NCBI GenBank assembly: GCA_964393835.1
Contig: CAYMUN010000001.1
Span: 15,455 to 79,454 of the forward strand
Length of the DNA stretch: 64,000 bases
Origin: an uncultured Candidatus Saccharibacteria bacterium
Lineage (GTDB): Bacteria > Patescibacteriota > Saccharimonadia > Saccharimonadales > UBA4665
Reading direction: 5' to 3'
The notes under the pieces were generated by a model, which was not told the DNA's origin, searched no databases, and was given only the letters and a program-made list of their open reading frames with translations. Shown here piece by piece: positions 56,604 to 64,000 of this stretch (position 1 is its first letter; each line of letters starts with the position of its first letter). Position numbers and translations under genes: made by a program.

Positions 56604-57806
56604 CTAGTGCTTCGGGGAGGCATAATAACGGCCCAGCCAGTGCTCCTTAAATTCCTTAAAGCTGCCGTCCTCGATACTGGCCCGGATGTCGTCGACCAGC
56701 TTGATGATAAAGTACTCGTTATGCCAGCTGAGCAGGGTCAGACCCAGGATTTCTTTAGCTTTAAACAAATGATGGAGGTAAGCCCGGCTGTACTTTTGGC
56801 AGACCGGACAGGCGCAACCGTCTAGCAAAGGCACGAAATCATCGGAGTACTTGGCACCCTGGATATTGTGCCGGCCCTGATACGTATAAAAGGCGCCGTT
56901 GCGCGCTACCCGGGTCGGCGACACGCAGTCAAAGGTATCGATGCCGTTTTCGATGGCCGCAAAGATATCGTTCGGCTCGGAAATCCCCAACAAGTGTTTG
57001 GGTTTACCAGGCGGCAACTCCTCACTGCACCAGCGGACGATGTCGGCTAGCCGGGCCTTTTCGATCGCCCCGCCGATGCCGTAGCCGTCAAAGGGCAAGT
57101 CGCCGAGGTGCTTGGCGGTCTGCCGACGCAGATCCTCGTACTGGGCACCTTGCAAGACGCCAAATAACGCCTGGTAAGGACGATTGGTATGAGCCTGGCG
57201 CAGCCGCGACAATTCAGCCAGGCAGCGGTCGGCCCAGGCATGTGTCCGGGCTAATGATTTGACCTGGTACTCATAGGTATCGACCAGCGAGGTCAATTCA
57301 TCAAAAGCAAACAGGATATCGGCACCGACAGCATGCTGAATTCTCATCGATAGCTCAGGCGTAAATCGATGCTTGCTACCATCGAGATGCGAGTAAAAAG
57401 TCACGCCGTCATCATCGACATGGGCCAGGCGCTCTGATGGGCTGGCCAGCGGCACCTCGCCTTTCATATCGATCACCTTTTTAAAGCCGCTGCCGAGTGA
57501 CAGTACCTGGAATCCGCCGGAATCGGTAAATGTCGGCCCCGGCCAATGCATAAACCGGCCCAGTCCCCCGGCCTTTTCGATGAGCGCCTGACCAGGCCGC
57601 AGATATAAGTGATAAGCGTTAGCCAACACCGCTTGGGCGCCAACCGTGCTGATTTGGTCGACGCTCAGGGCCTTGACGGCTGCCTGGGTACCAACTACGA
57701 TAAAGGCTGGGGTCTTGATATCACCGTGCGGCGTGCTGATAACGCCTGAGCGAGCTAGGGTGCCTTGCCCAAGCTCCCGGTCGACTACAAACTTGAACTC
57801 ACGCAT
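56604..57806 (-). CDS. tgt: Queuine/tRNA-guanine transglycosylase
   Basis: 400 aa from MREFKFVV...TPHGDIKTPAFIVVGT, with Zn site CACPVC...H. ATG at 57806 overlaps the mscS stop by 8 nt. The track ORF is 5'-extended. Confidence 0.95.
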   Translation of the reverse strand: MREFKFVVDRELGQGTLARSGVISTPHGDIKTPAFIVVGTQAAVKALSVDQISTVGAQAVLANAYHLYLRPGQALIEKAGGLGRFMHWPGPTFTDSGGFQVLSLGSGFKKVIDMKGEVPLASPSERLAHVDDDGVTFYSHLDGSKHRFTPELSMRIQHAVGADILFAFDELTSLVDTYEYQVKSLARTHAWADRCLAELSRLRQAHTNRPYQALFGVLQGAQYEDLRRQTAKHLGDLPFDGYGIGGAIEKARLADIVRWCSEELPPGKPKHLLGISEPNDIFAAIENGIDTFDCVSPTRVARNGAFYTYQGRHNIQGAKYSDDFVPLLDGCACPVCQKYSRAYLHHLFKAKEILGLTLLSWHNEYFIIKLVDDIRASIEDGSFKEFKEHWLGRYYASPKH

Positions 57807-58689
57807 CCTTTTCGTGGTGGATGATACGCTCTGGCACGGCAAAGGTGATGTCTTTTTTATCAAAGGCCGTCTTGAGGCGACGACGAAAATCACCGCCCAC
57901 GTCCCACTGGGCACCTGGCGTGACCTTGCCGCTCACCCGGATCAACACGCCAGCCTGGGTGAAATCCTCAATCCGCAAAAACTGCATCGGCTCGACGACC
58001 AGCGCTTTCCATTTTTCCTCTTGCTGCATCCGCTTGCCATTGTCGTTAATGACCTTTTCGACAACGTCAAGGTCGCTGTCATACTGCACCGTCAGATCTA
58101 TAATCACGTTGGAATAATTAAACGTCCGGTTAGTTATCACCGCCGCGTCGCCATTAGCGATGATATTGAGCGTACCGTCCTGGTCGCGCAGCTTAGTGAC
58201 CCGCAAGGTGATCTCCTCGACCACGCCGGATACGCCCGGCTGGCCGACACTACCGCCGCTCAACGTAATCACGTCACCGACTCGATACTGGTTTTCGCTT
58301 AAGATATAAATACCGGCCAGATAGTTTTTGATGGTGCTCTGAGCACCCAGCCCAAACACCACGCCAAACACCCCAGCACCGGTAATTAAGGCCGCGATAT
58401 TAACATGCATGATTGCCAGCACCACGCACAGCGCGATGATCACCAACAGCAACGTCAAGGTGGTATTAAAGACCGTGATGATAGTATTTTCCCGTTTGCG
58501 CTCGTCAATCTGGCTCTCGTAGCTATCAGACCGCACCACGCGCCGAATCAAACGCTCAATAATCATCCGTCCGACAACGTTGACAAACGCCAGCACCAGC
58601 AAGGTCAAGACCACCTGGACGCTGCGGCTGTCGACCAAATCATTGAATACCATTACCATTACAGTACCGGAGAATACCTGGACGAGCAA
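57799..58689 (-). CDS. mscS: MscS-family mechanosensitive channel
   Basis: 296 aa. 3 TM helices, pore helix GAQSTIKNYLAGIYIL and beta-domain YRVGDVITL. Confidence 0.9.
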   Translation of the reverse strand: MLVQVFSGTVMVMVFNDLVDSRSVQVVLTLLVLAFVNVVGRMIIERLIRRVVRSDSYESQIDERKRENTIITVFNTTLTLLLVIIALCVVLAIMHVNIAALITGAGVFGVVFGLGAQSTIKNYLAGIYILSENQYRVGDVITLSGGSVGQPGVSGVVEEITLRVTKLRDQDGTLNIIANGDAAVITNRTFNYSNVIIDLTVQYDSDLDVVEKVINDNGKRMQQEEKWKALVVEPMQFLRIEDFTQAGVLIRVSGKVTPGAQWDVGGDFRRRLKTAFDKKDITFAVPERIIHHEKDA

Positions 58690-58706
58690 CTGTGACTAAA
58701 GTCACT

Positions 58707-58734
58707 TTGACTTCTTGAGTAGATATGGTAAAGT
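58707..58734 (+). promoter_or_regulatory. Promoter TTGACT-16-TAAAGT (TGn-extended), 10 nt from the ATG at 58745
   Basis: TTGACT at 58707-58712 and TGG-TAAAGT at 58726-58734. Confidence 0.4.
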
Positions 58735-58744
58735 TTAAACTATC

Positions 58745-60307
58745 ATGAGTCTATCGCCAGAAGGCCTTCCCTCGGAGGAGCCCAACATTTTTGACGACCT
58801 GCGGGCTTCGCTGGAAGCCGATCCGGTCGACACCTTAAAGATGTTGGCTTTAGACATACCCGAGGGTCAGCCGATAACGTTTTTAGGTCGTGCGCCTGAT
58901 GTATTTCCCGATAATACCACGCTCCATGTGGTGACTCGCGACGTTACCCACAATGGCCCTCATGTGGTGACTTCAGTTGTGCATGAAACATTAAATCCTT
59001 TACTCCGACGGATCGCGCCTACCCGGGTGCTGGTATTTGATAGCCTGCACGGGGTGGCGATCATTCCTGATTACGAGCAAGCCTTCAAGCCCGGGGACGG
59101 GATGGCCGAAGCCAACTTAGTCCCGGACGATGCCCCGCAGATTGGTGAATGGACAGCTTTTTTGCAGCAGGCGATTAGCAACCAAGAAGAGGGCTTCAGG
59201 GCAACTACTCCTGAAGCGATGCAACGCGGGGCTGAGCAGCTGCGCACCCTCAATACACTCCTGCCCGAGGGGGGCTTCTCGATAAAGCTCAGCCTGCCTG
59301 CCGAGGAGGATAGCCTTGATGAGGAAATCCCTTTATATATAGAAAGCTATGAGGGTTCTCGCGGCCGTGAAGTAGGCGTCCGTTATCCGCGGGCCGGAGC
59401 CGATGGTCAGCCTATAGAGCGCCAGATTATATTATTTGATACGGGCGAGGACACTCTTGGCACCATGTTGCGCGCTAATGATCTGTTAATCCACGAAACT
59501 CCCGGGCACGACGGCGAACCGGTCTTTTCTGGCGAATATGCTCAACAGCACCGTCCGCTCGACCAATTTGACATTGATCGCCTAGCCGCGGCATTTAACC
59601 GCATTGACGAGTACGCCCTGATCAAAATAAAACCTCTGATCGCGGAAACCGGTGAAGGTCACGTCGAGCAGCCTGATGAATACACAATGGAGTTCAGCGA
59701 GCTGCTGGCCATGTTTGGGGCCGAGGAAGCAGCGCGCAAGCTGCGCTATGAAGCACTGCCAGAGGGCACCGAGCGCGCCACTCCAGAAGCTTTAGACAGC
59801 TTACTGGCAACTGCCGAGTTGTACCTCATTAAGTCTGGAGCCCAGCACCAGGGCCAGCCAGAAGATAGTAGCGGACAGCTGCCGATCACCCGCTATGACC
59901 CGACACGACAAAACACGCCGCCCACCGGAATGATGGTACAAGAGCCCAGTCTCAACCTATTTGACCAAACCGGCCCGGCCCGCTTCACGATTACTAAATA
60001 CAGCGATGAGACCCGAGCTATGCATGTCTATGTCGACTGGCCGCCCCGCGATGGCGCCGATGCCGGGGCCAGCTTGATCATCCGCACCGATGGCGAAGCT
60101 GTGCAATCGCTTTACGTGCCGCCGTTTCGGCGCGGCGACCAGATACCACTGTTTTCTTCGGATCTCAACCCGACAATTTATAAAATATGCCATGACCTCA
60201 GTCCGGACATTGCTAACACTATCTTATTTCACAATGTCGACCGGCCAGCGGATCAAATTACCGTCACAGCCCTCACCGCCTTTATTGCCAAAAGTACTCC
60301 TAGCTAA
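58745..60307 (+). CDS. Hypothetical 520-aa acidic cytosolic protein
   Basis: Long ORF with normal codon texture. No TM helix, no signal peptide and no recognised motif. Confidence 0.7.
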   Translation: MSLSPEGLPSEEPNIFDDLRASLEADPVDTLKMLALDIPEGQPITFLGRAPDVFPDNTTLHVVTRDVTHNGPHVVTSVVHETLNPLLRRIAPTRVLVFDSLHGVAIIPDYEQAFKPGDGMAEANLVPDDAPQIGEWTAFLQQAISNQEEGFRATTPEAMQRGAEQLRTLNTLLPEGGFSIKLSLPAEEDSLDEEIPLYIESYEGSRGREVGVRYPRAGADGQPIERQIILFDTGEDTLGTMLRANDLLIHETPGHDGEPVFSGEYAQQHRPLDQFDIDRLAAAFNRIDEYALIKIKPLIAETGEGHVEQPDEYTMEFSELLAMFGAEEAARKLRYEALPEGTERATPEALDSLLATAELYLIKSGAQHQGQPEDSSGQLPITRYDPTRQNTPPTGMMVQEPSLNLFDQTGPARFTITKYSDETRAMHVYVDWPPRDGADAGASLIIRTDGEAVQSLYVPPFRRGDQIPLFSSDLNPTIYKICHDLSPDIANTILFHNVDRPADQITVTALTAFIAKSTPS

Positions 60308-60385
60308 AGCAATCAGGCCAAGTGGTTTCCAGGAACTGTGAAATAATCGGCTGAACTCCGCCCATCCAGAGGTTAGACTGAAACA

Positions 60386-60691
60386 ATGGGTAAACGACCG
60401 TCCGGCCAACACGAATGGATCACTGAGACCGACGAGGACAGTGACGCGGTACGCTATATAGTACCCCTCTCTGACGAAGCCGGCCACCAAAAGCTCGTTG
60501 TCGCCCAACGCGTTGCCGACCTACTCGGCAAACAAGGCACTAATTTTGTCGTCACCTTTGGCAACTACCAGCCCGACCCAGAAATAAAGCCCGGCTGGGC
60601 CGTCATAATTTATCACGCCGAAGCTCCAAACCCTTGGGAAGAGCTACAGCTCGAGCACATCCGCCAACTGCTCGACGAGCGACCTAGCTAG
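60386..60691 (+). CDS. Hypothetical 101-aa acidic protein
   Basis: Co-directional, 78 nt after the 520-aa ORF. No recognised motif. Confidence 0.55.
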   Translation: MGKRPSGQHEWITETDEDSDAVRYIVPLSDEAGHQKLVVAQRVADLLGKQGTNFVVTFGNYQPDPEIKPGWAVIIYHAEAPNPWEELQLEHIRQLLDERPS

Positions 60692-60734
60692 CGATGCCGA
60701 CAGCCAGCCTGTCGCACCACATTTACTAATCGGC

Positions 60735-60896
60735 TCAGGCTTCCTCAAACTTAACCATAGCTTGTACCAACGACTGACCAAAAGTCACCATCGTCCCCGA
60801 CGGCACCCAGCCATCCCGCATCTCCCCATTAACCGCCGCCTCCAACGCTTGCGGCGAACCCCCCACAACCAATTTATACTCCATAACTTTTTGCAT
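60735..60896 (-). CDS. 53-aa DUF1737-like miniprotein (not in the ORF track)
   Basis: ATG lies 7 nt after GAGGAGG. MQKVMEYKLVVGGSPQALEAAVNGEMRDGWVPSGTMVTFGQSLVQAMVKFEEA follows the YK-hh-G...L...VN....GW.P.G......QAMV pattern. Confidence 0.55.
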   Translation of the reverse strand: MQKVMEYKLVVGGSPQALEAAVNGEMRDGWVPSGTMVTFGQSLVQAMVKFEEA

Positions 60897-61028
60897 AGTA
60901 GCCCCTCCTCTAACTGTACTTCCAGTTTACCACCCAGAGAAATTCTATTTCGAAAGGTTCCTAGGCGATTATTCCCTCAATGCAAGTAAGCGGAGGTGGA
61001 TTTAGATATATTAAAAAATTAATGCAAT

Positions 61029-61742
61029 TTACTTGTTCCACTTCCAGTCGCCCGTAATGGACACAAAGCTAAACAGCAAAGCGACCACAAGAACAAAATA
61101 TGCAAAGAATGCAAATTGTAACGCTCTTATTTGATAATTCAAAACTCTTTCGTCTATATTAGGCTTAAGGATACCCATTTCTTTATCAACTACAGCATCT
61201 ATCTCAAGTTGGGCGACGGCTTTCCTATCGATGACTGCATTGACTACATTATTCCTAGCAGTAGCCCAGCTCTTGTGAAATTTCTTTACAATTTGGTAGT
61301 ATTGCACCCCCAGCAATAGAGAAATAGTCAACGAAGCCATCCCAGTTAATAATAAACACTTCTCAATGCGCGTTAGAGACTTCAAAAGTTCTGTGTTCCC
61401 AAGAACAACGATGTTCGCCGTAATAAGAACGGTAGTTATTAGTATTAATTGGTTTGAGAGACTTCTGTCTGTAGAATTTGCCTCGGCATCTGACCTATTA
61501 ACACCATCCGTATAAGTGTTCTTTACGCGATTGAGGTATTTGACATCCTCTCTGCTACTAAGGCTAAGGTGCCTAGATAGCGCAGGGTCTAGTGTACTAT
61601 TAGGTTTCTTCGGCTGTTGGTTCTGTCGTTGTTTCAGATACTTCGGCAGGTGGGGGAAAGTCTGGTCGTTCAGCATGAGAGCTATTTTTATGAATGCTGT
61701 CCGAATCTTGCTGGACAGCTTTGATTTTACCTTTGTCATCAT
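61029..61742 (-). CDS. Orphan multi-TM protein in a low-GC islet (start uncertain, possibly the 3' part of a frameshifted gene)
   Basis: 237-aa ORF at ~35-40% GC. Two adjacent TM helices (LILITTVLITANIVVL, CLLLTGMASLTISLLLGV), an amphipathic region and a terminal TM helix (FAFFAYFVLVVALLFSFVSI). The first ~50 codons overlap ORF 61600-61809. Confidence 0.55.
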   Translation of the reverse strand: MMTKVKSKLSSKIRTAFIKIALMLNDQTFPHLPKYLKQRQNQQPKKPNSTLDPALSRHLSLSSREDVKYLNRVKNTYTDGVNRSDAEANSTDRSLSNQLILITTVLITANIVVLGNTELLKSLTRIEKCLLLTGMASLTISLLLGVQYYQIVKKFHKSWATARNNVVNAVIDRKAVAQLEIDAVVDKEMGILKPNIDERVLNYQIRALQFAFFAYFVLVVALLFSFVSITGDWKWNK

Positions 61743-61809
61743 TGTTGCTCATTATATATACAATTATACTCGCCAAACAAACTATTACCAGCAACAAGGA
61801 AGTGGTCAT
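61600..61809 (-). CDS. 69-aa single-TM ORF overlapping the 5' end of the 237-aa ORF
   Basis: MTTSLLLVIVCLASIIVYI TM helix plus an acidic tail. A C5 run (plus-strand G5 at 61652-61656) lies in the overlap, and deleting one C would fuse the two frames. Confidence 0.4.
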   Translation of the reverse strand: MTTSLLLVIVCLASIIVYIMSNNDDKGKIKAVQQDSDSIHKNSSHAERPDFPPPAEVSETTTEPTAEET

Positions 61810-61879
61810 ATTTTAATTTAATAGCTACATTAGGTTCGTAAAGAACCGTTGGTCTTAGTGGCAGGAGTATACTAAAGGC

Positions 61880-62020
61880 ATGGACTATTTAAAATGGTGC
61901 GCAGATGATACTTGTGAAAATTACCATCAGGCCTTTACTCAAAAACAGTTTAATGACCTGTGTCCAATTTGCAAAAATTCACTAGAAGATGTCCCACCAA
62001 TGACAGCTCCGCTGAGCTAG
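61880..62020 (+). CDS. 46-aa zinc-ribbon-like miniprotein (not in the ORF track)
   Basis: MDYLKWCADDTCENYHQAFTQKQFNDLCPICKNSLEDVPPMTAPLS has CX4C...CX2C. TATACT (61868-61873) lies 6 nt upstream of the ATG, the same geometry as other leaderless-type genes here. Confidence 0.5.
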   Translation: MDYLKWCADDTCENYHQAFTQKQFNDLCPICKNSLEDVPPMTAPLS

Positions 62021-62089
62021 GGTTTCCTAATGGTGACGGCATTGGCTGTCAGTAGCATACCCCTCGCTTGAAAAAGGCATGGTATACTT

Positions 62090-62788
62090 TTGGGAATTAT
62101 TGCTGAATTGGCGGAAACACTGATGTCTCACCTGCTAAAGCTAAAGGACTTTTTGAATCGATCATTAGTCGATGACATTGTAATGATCTTGCTGGCAATG
62201 CTTAGCGTTACTCTGCTACTGATTGAGACAAATACTGATCTGAGTCAGGGCCAGACTCGGGCAGCGGATATTGTTGACGCGACGATTGCGCTAATATTTC
62301 TAGTCGAATGGGGGATTCGATTTAGGCAGGCAGCCAATAAAGGTCAATTTGTTAAAAAGTACTGGTGGGAATTGCTGGCTTCGATACCAATTCCCAATAC
62401 CTTTGCTCAGGCGCTTCGGGCACTCCGGATCCTCCGGGTTTTACGCATCATACGGCTGGCCAGCCGGCTCAAGCAGATTTCTAATTTTTCGGAGACATTG
62501 GCCAAGCATGCCTACGTCATTCAGATATTGGTGGTCTTTTTATCAGTTAGCTTTATCGCTTCGATTGTCTTTGACACATTTGAAAGAGGCATCAATCCGC
62601 ATGTGCATAGTACCTGGGATAGTTTCTGGTGGGCAATATCCACGGCCACAACCATCGCATATGGTGATATTTATCCTGTCACTACTGCCGGCCGAATTGA
62701 TTCAATCTTTTTAGCGATATTTGGGCTCGGAACTCTTGGCCTATTGACGGCAACTATCGCCTCTACTTTTATCAAAGAGAAGAATTAA
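62090..62788 (+). CDS. Voltage-gated-type (6TM-like) potassium channel
   Basis: S4 arginine ladder RALRILRVLRIIRLASRLK. Pore/selectivity filter WWAISTATTIAYGDIYP. The likely start is the ATG at 62123, because TGGTATACT (62080-62088) abuts the TTG in the track. Confidence 0.85.
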   Translation: MGIIAELAETLMSHLLKLKDFLNRSLVDDIVMILLAMLSVTLLLIETNTDLSQGQTRAADIVDATIALIFLVEWGIRFRQAANKGQFVKKYWWELLASIPIPNTFAQALRALRILRVLRIIRLASRLKQISNFSETLAKHAYVIQILVVFLSVSFIASIVFDTFERGINPHVHSTWDSFWWAISTATTIAYGDIYPVTTAGRIDSIFLAIFGLGTLGLLTATIASTFIKEKN

Positions 62789-62884
62789 TTGCTAGCACCG
62801 AATTGGTAATGCTTGCAATCCCGGCGAGGAGCTGCGACTATGGCTGTATTAATTAGCTGGCGGGATTGCCAGGAGGATGAGCTG

Positions 62885-63607
62885 ATGAGCGCGGAGACCG
62901 GAATGGCACAAACATTTGACCTGGGGCCGGGCATTGAACATGTCCAGGTTGACTTGCCTCGAGGCGCGTCGCTAGAGATCAAGACGGTGACCGACGGCTT
63001 AGAGACAGTGGCCGGCATAGTGGTGCCAAAACTGGTTTTGGAGGGTGAAGAGGAAGAGTTTTCGTGGCAGGTCGCCACTAACCAGTTGCATGTGCGACAA
63101 AATGACGGCAACCATTATCTACTGCCTGGGGGTGGTACTATTGGCTCTGATAAACAATTCGTGGCGGGCATATCGCCTGATATACGACCCAAAGCCACGC
63201 TTTTGACGCCTGGGCCACAAGCGGGCGGGTACGTTGAACACCTAAGCGTGTATGGTGGTAGTCGGATAACTATCGAAGGGCTAGCAGGTAACTATCTACT
63301 CGTGAAGCAAGCCGGCAGTATTGCCCTCAGGGATCTCACTATGCGGTTAATTCATGCCCAAACCCGGGATACTGGCGGTATAACCTTGCAAGCGGTGCGG
63401 GCTGATAATGTAACGGCTAGAACCTACCGAGGAGATATCGTCGTGACCGGTGGCGGCACCAGCTTTAGTAATCCTGAGGATGAAGAAGGCGGCTGGAAGC
63501 TACACGCCTTTAGCGGTGATATTGTCTACCGTGATCCTCCGTATGGCGTGGTGGACGCCACGTCGATGACCGGCAAACTGCGTATCAACTTGCCGCAACC
63601 TGAATAA
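62885..63607 (+). CDS. DUF4097-like (putative beta-helical adhesin-type) protein
   Basis: ATG at 62885 lies 8 nt after AGGAGG. Repeated G(D/G)I-V-hydrophobic beta-strand units (RGDIVVTGGG, SGDIVYRD). Confidence 0.55.
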   Translation: MSAETGMAQTFDLGPGIEHVQVDLPRGASLEIKTVTDGLETVAGIVVPKLVLEGEEEEFSWQVATNQLHVRQNDGNHYLLPGGGTIGSDKQFVAGISPDIRPKATLLTPGPQAGGYVEHLSVYGGSRITIEGLAGNYLLVKQAGSIALRDLTMRLIHAQTRDTGGITLQAVRADNVTARTYRGDIVVTGGGTSFSNPEDEEGGWKLHAFSGDIVYRDPPYGVVDATSMTGKLRINLPQPE

Positions 63608-63668
63608 AAGTTAGGTCAGGCGCTATTTTGGAGTTAGTTTAAAAGGATTCTGGTCTTTGTGGCGGGGG

Positions 63669-64000
63669 CTAGTTATCAGAAAAAAATATGTCTTCGGGTA
63701 AGGGAGCTTTAACATGAGCGGCATAGCGGCCAAAGGTTTGGTCGGTACAAATACTGCCTAGGTTTTGGACGACTAAAACGGCTGGCTGGCGATCGTAGGT
63801 ATAGACGATCCGCTTGATACTATCGCCTGTCTCAATCTCGGCCAGCGGTATGAATTCTACCGCCCAGGGGTTGAGGGTCTCACCGTCTGCTTGCGGCGGC
63901 TGAAGCGCGAATAGTTCACCCCGGCCGCCTCCATCGCACTGTAGCAAGATATTCCTGCCTTGCGCGTCATAATATTCACACAGGTCGGCAATGCTGTCTT
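63669..64000 (-). CDS. 3' part of a hypothetical protein (5' end beyond the window)
   Basis: The minus-strand frame stays open from 64000 to the stop at 63669, and the TTG in the track is internal. No recognised motif. Confidence 0.5.
   Translation of the reverse strand, partial: DSIADLCEYYDAQGRNILLQCDGGGRGELFALQPPQADGETLNPWAVEFIPLAEIETGDSIKRIVYTYDRQPAVLVVQNLGSICTDQTFGRYAAHVKAPLPEDIFFSDN

Noticed and set aside
57646-58302. 218-aa plus-strand ORF
   Set aside because: It spans the tgt/mscS junction antisense to both confidently assigned genes.
60762-60989. 75-aa plus-strand ORF (Arg/Pro/His-rich)
   Set aside because: It lies antisense to the better-supported 53-aa DUF1737-like ORF, which has a strong SD. 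This ORF has no signals of its own.
61029-61742. Calling the 237-aa TM protein a SLATT/DUF4231 effector
   Set aside because: The two adjacent TM helices followed by a W..AR-containing helix are reminiscent of that family, but I cannot verify it without a profile search. It is left as a hypothesis in the islet finding, not as an annotation.
1-64000. tRNA, rRNA, CRISPR arrays, transposases, integrases, prophage genes
   Set aside because: No T-loop/acceptor-like sequence was seen in any spacer over 50 bp. There are no regularly spaced direct repeats, and no ORF carries DDE, tyrosine- or serine-recombinase, capsid or terminase motifs.

Overview
This is a 64-kb, very gene-dense bacterial chromosome segment, mostly transcribed on the minus strand. 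It is roughly 50-55% GC by eye and uses the standard code (TGA acts as stop in several ATGA start/stop overlaps).

Content is mostly housekeeping:
- Replication, repair and expression: radA, clpC, nusA, pepN, yraN, rnhB, rplS, a PilB/GspE-type ATPase, a SpoU methyltransferase, dnaE, galU, gatC-gatA-X-gatB, uvrB.
- A sugar-phosphate block: PfkB-family kinase, class II FBA, split transketolase, rpe, two tandem rpiB paralogues, gap.
- Others: Nudix, ppa, glpQ, an FNR-like oxidoreductase, nrdH-like glutaredoxin + trxB, FKBP, a CBS-less IMPDH, pheST, yajQ, a GH63-like hydrolase, rmuC, an L,D-transpeptidase, zupT/zur, a DUF475/TerC-like protein, mpg, a CNNM-type transporter, tgt, mscS.

The split tkt, type IV pilus parts, tiny spacers, overlapping or abutting stop codons and many small orphan proteins fit a reduced-genome Patescibacteria/CPR lineage such as Saccharibacteria. 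That placement is inference only.

I saw no rRNA, tRNA, CRISPR array, transposase or integrase.

Regulatory signals readable directly from the sequence:
- A near-perfect CIRCE/HrcA operator over the clpC promoter.
- Tandem NrdR boxes over a consensus promoter for nrdH-trxB.
- A Fur-family box in the 66-bp zupT/zur divergent spacer.
- A terminator-like hairpin in the nusA leader.
- A recurrent pattern in which a -10 hexamer sits only 5-9 nt from the ATG of more than 15 genes, implying leaderless mRNAs.

Best candidates for undescribed biology:
1. A low-GC islet at about 60.9-62.8 kb carrying a multi-TM orphan protein (possibly frameshifted at a homopolymer), a zinc-ribbon miniprotein and a Kv-like channel.
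2. A co-directional cluster of an orphan 414-aa protein, a LOG/DprA-like Rossmann protein, a prepilin-like protein and uvrB.
3. A small membrane ORF translationally wedged between the two transketolase halves.
4. An extra ORF inside the gatCAB operon.

All motif coordinates were counted by hand. Protein family calls rest on recognised motifs, not on searches.
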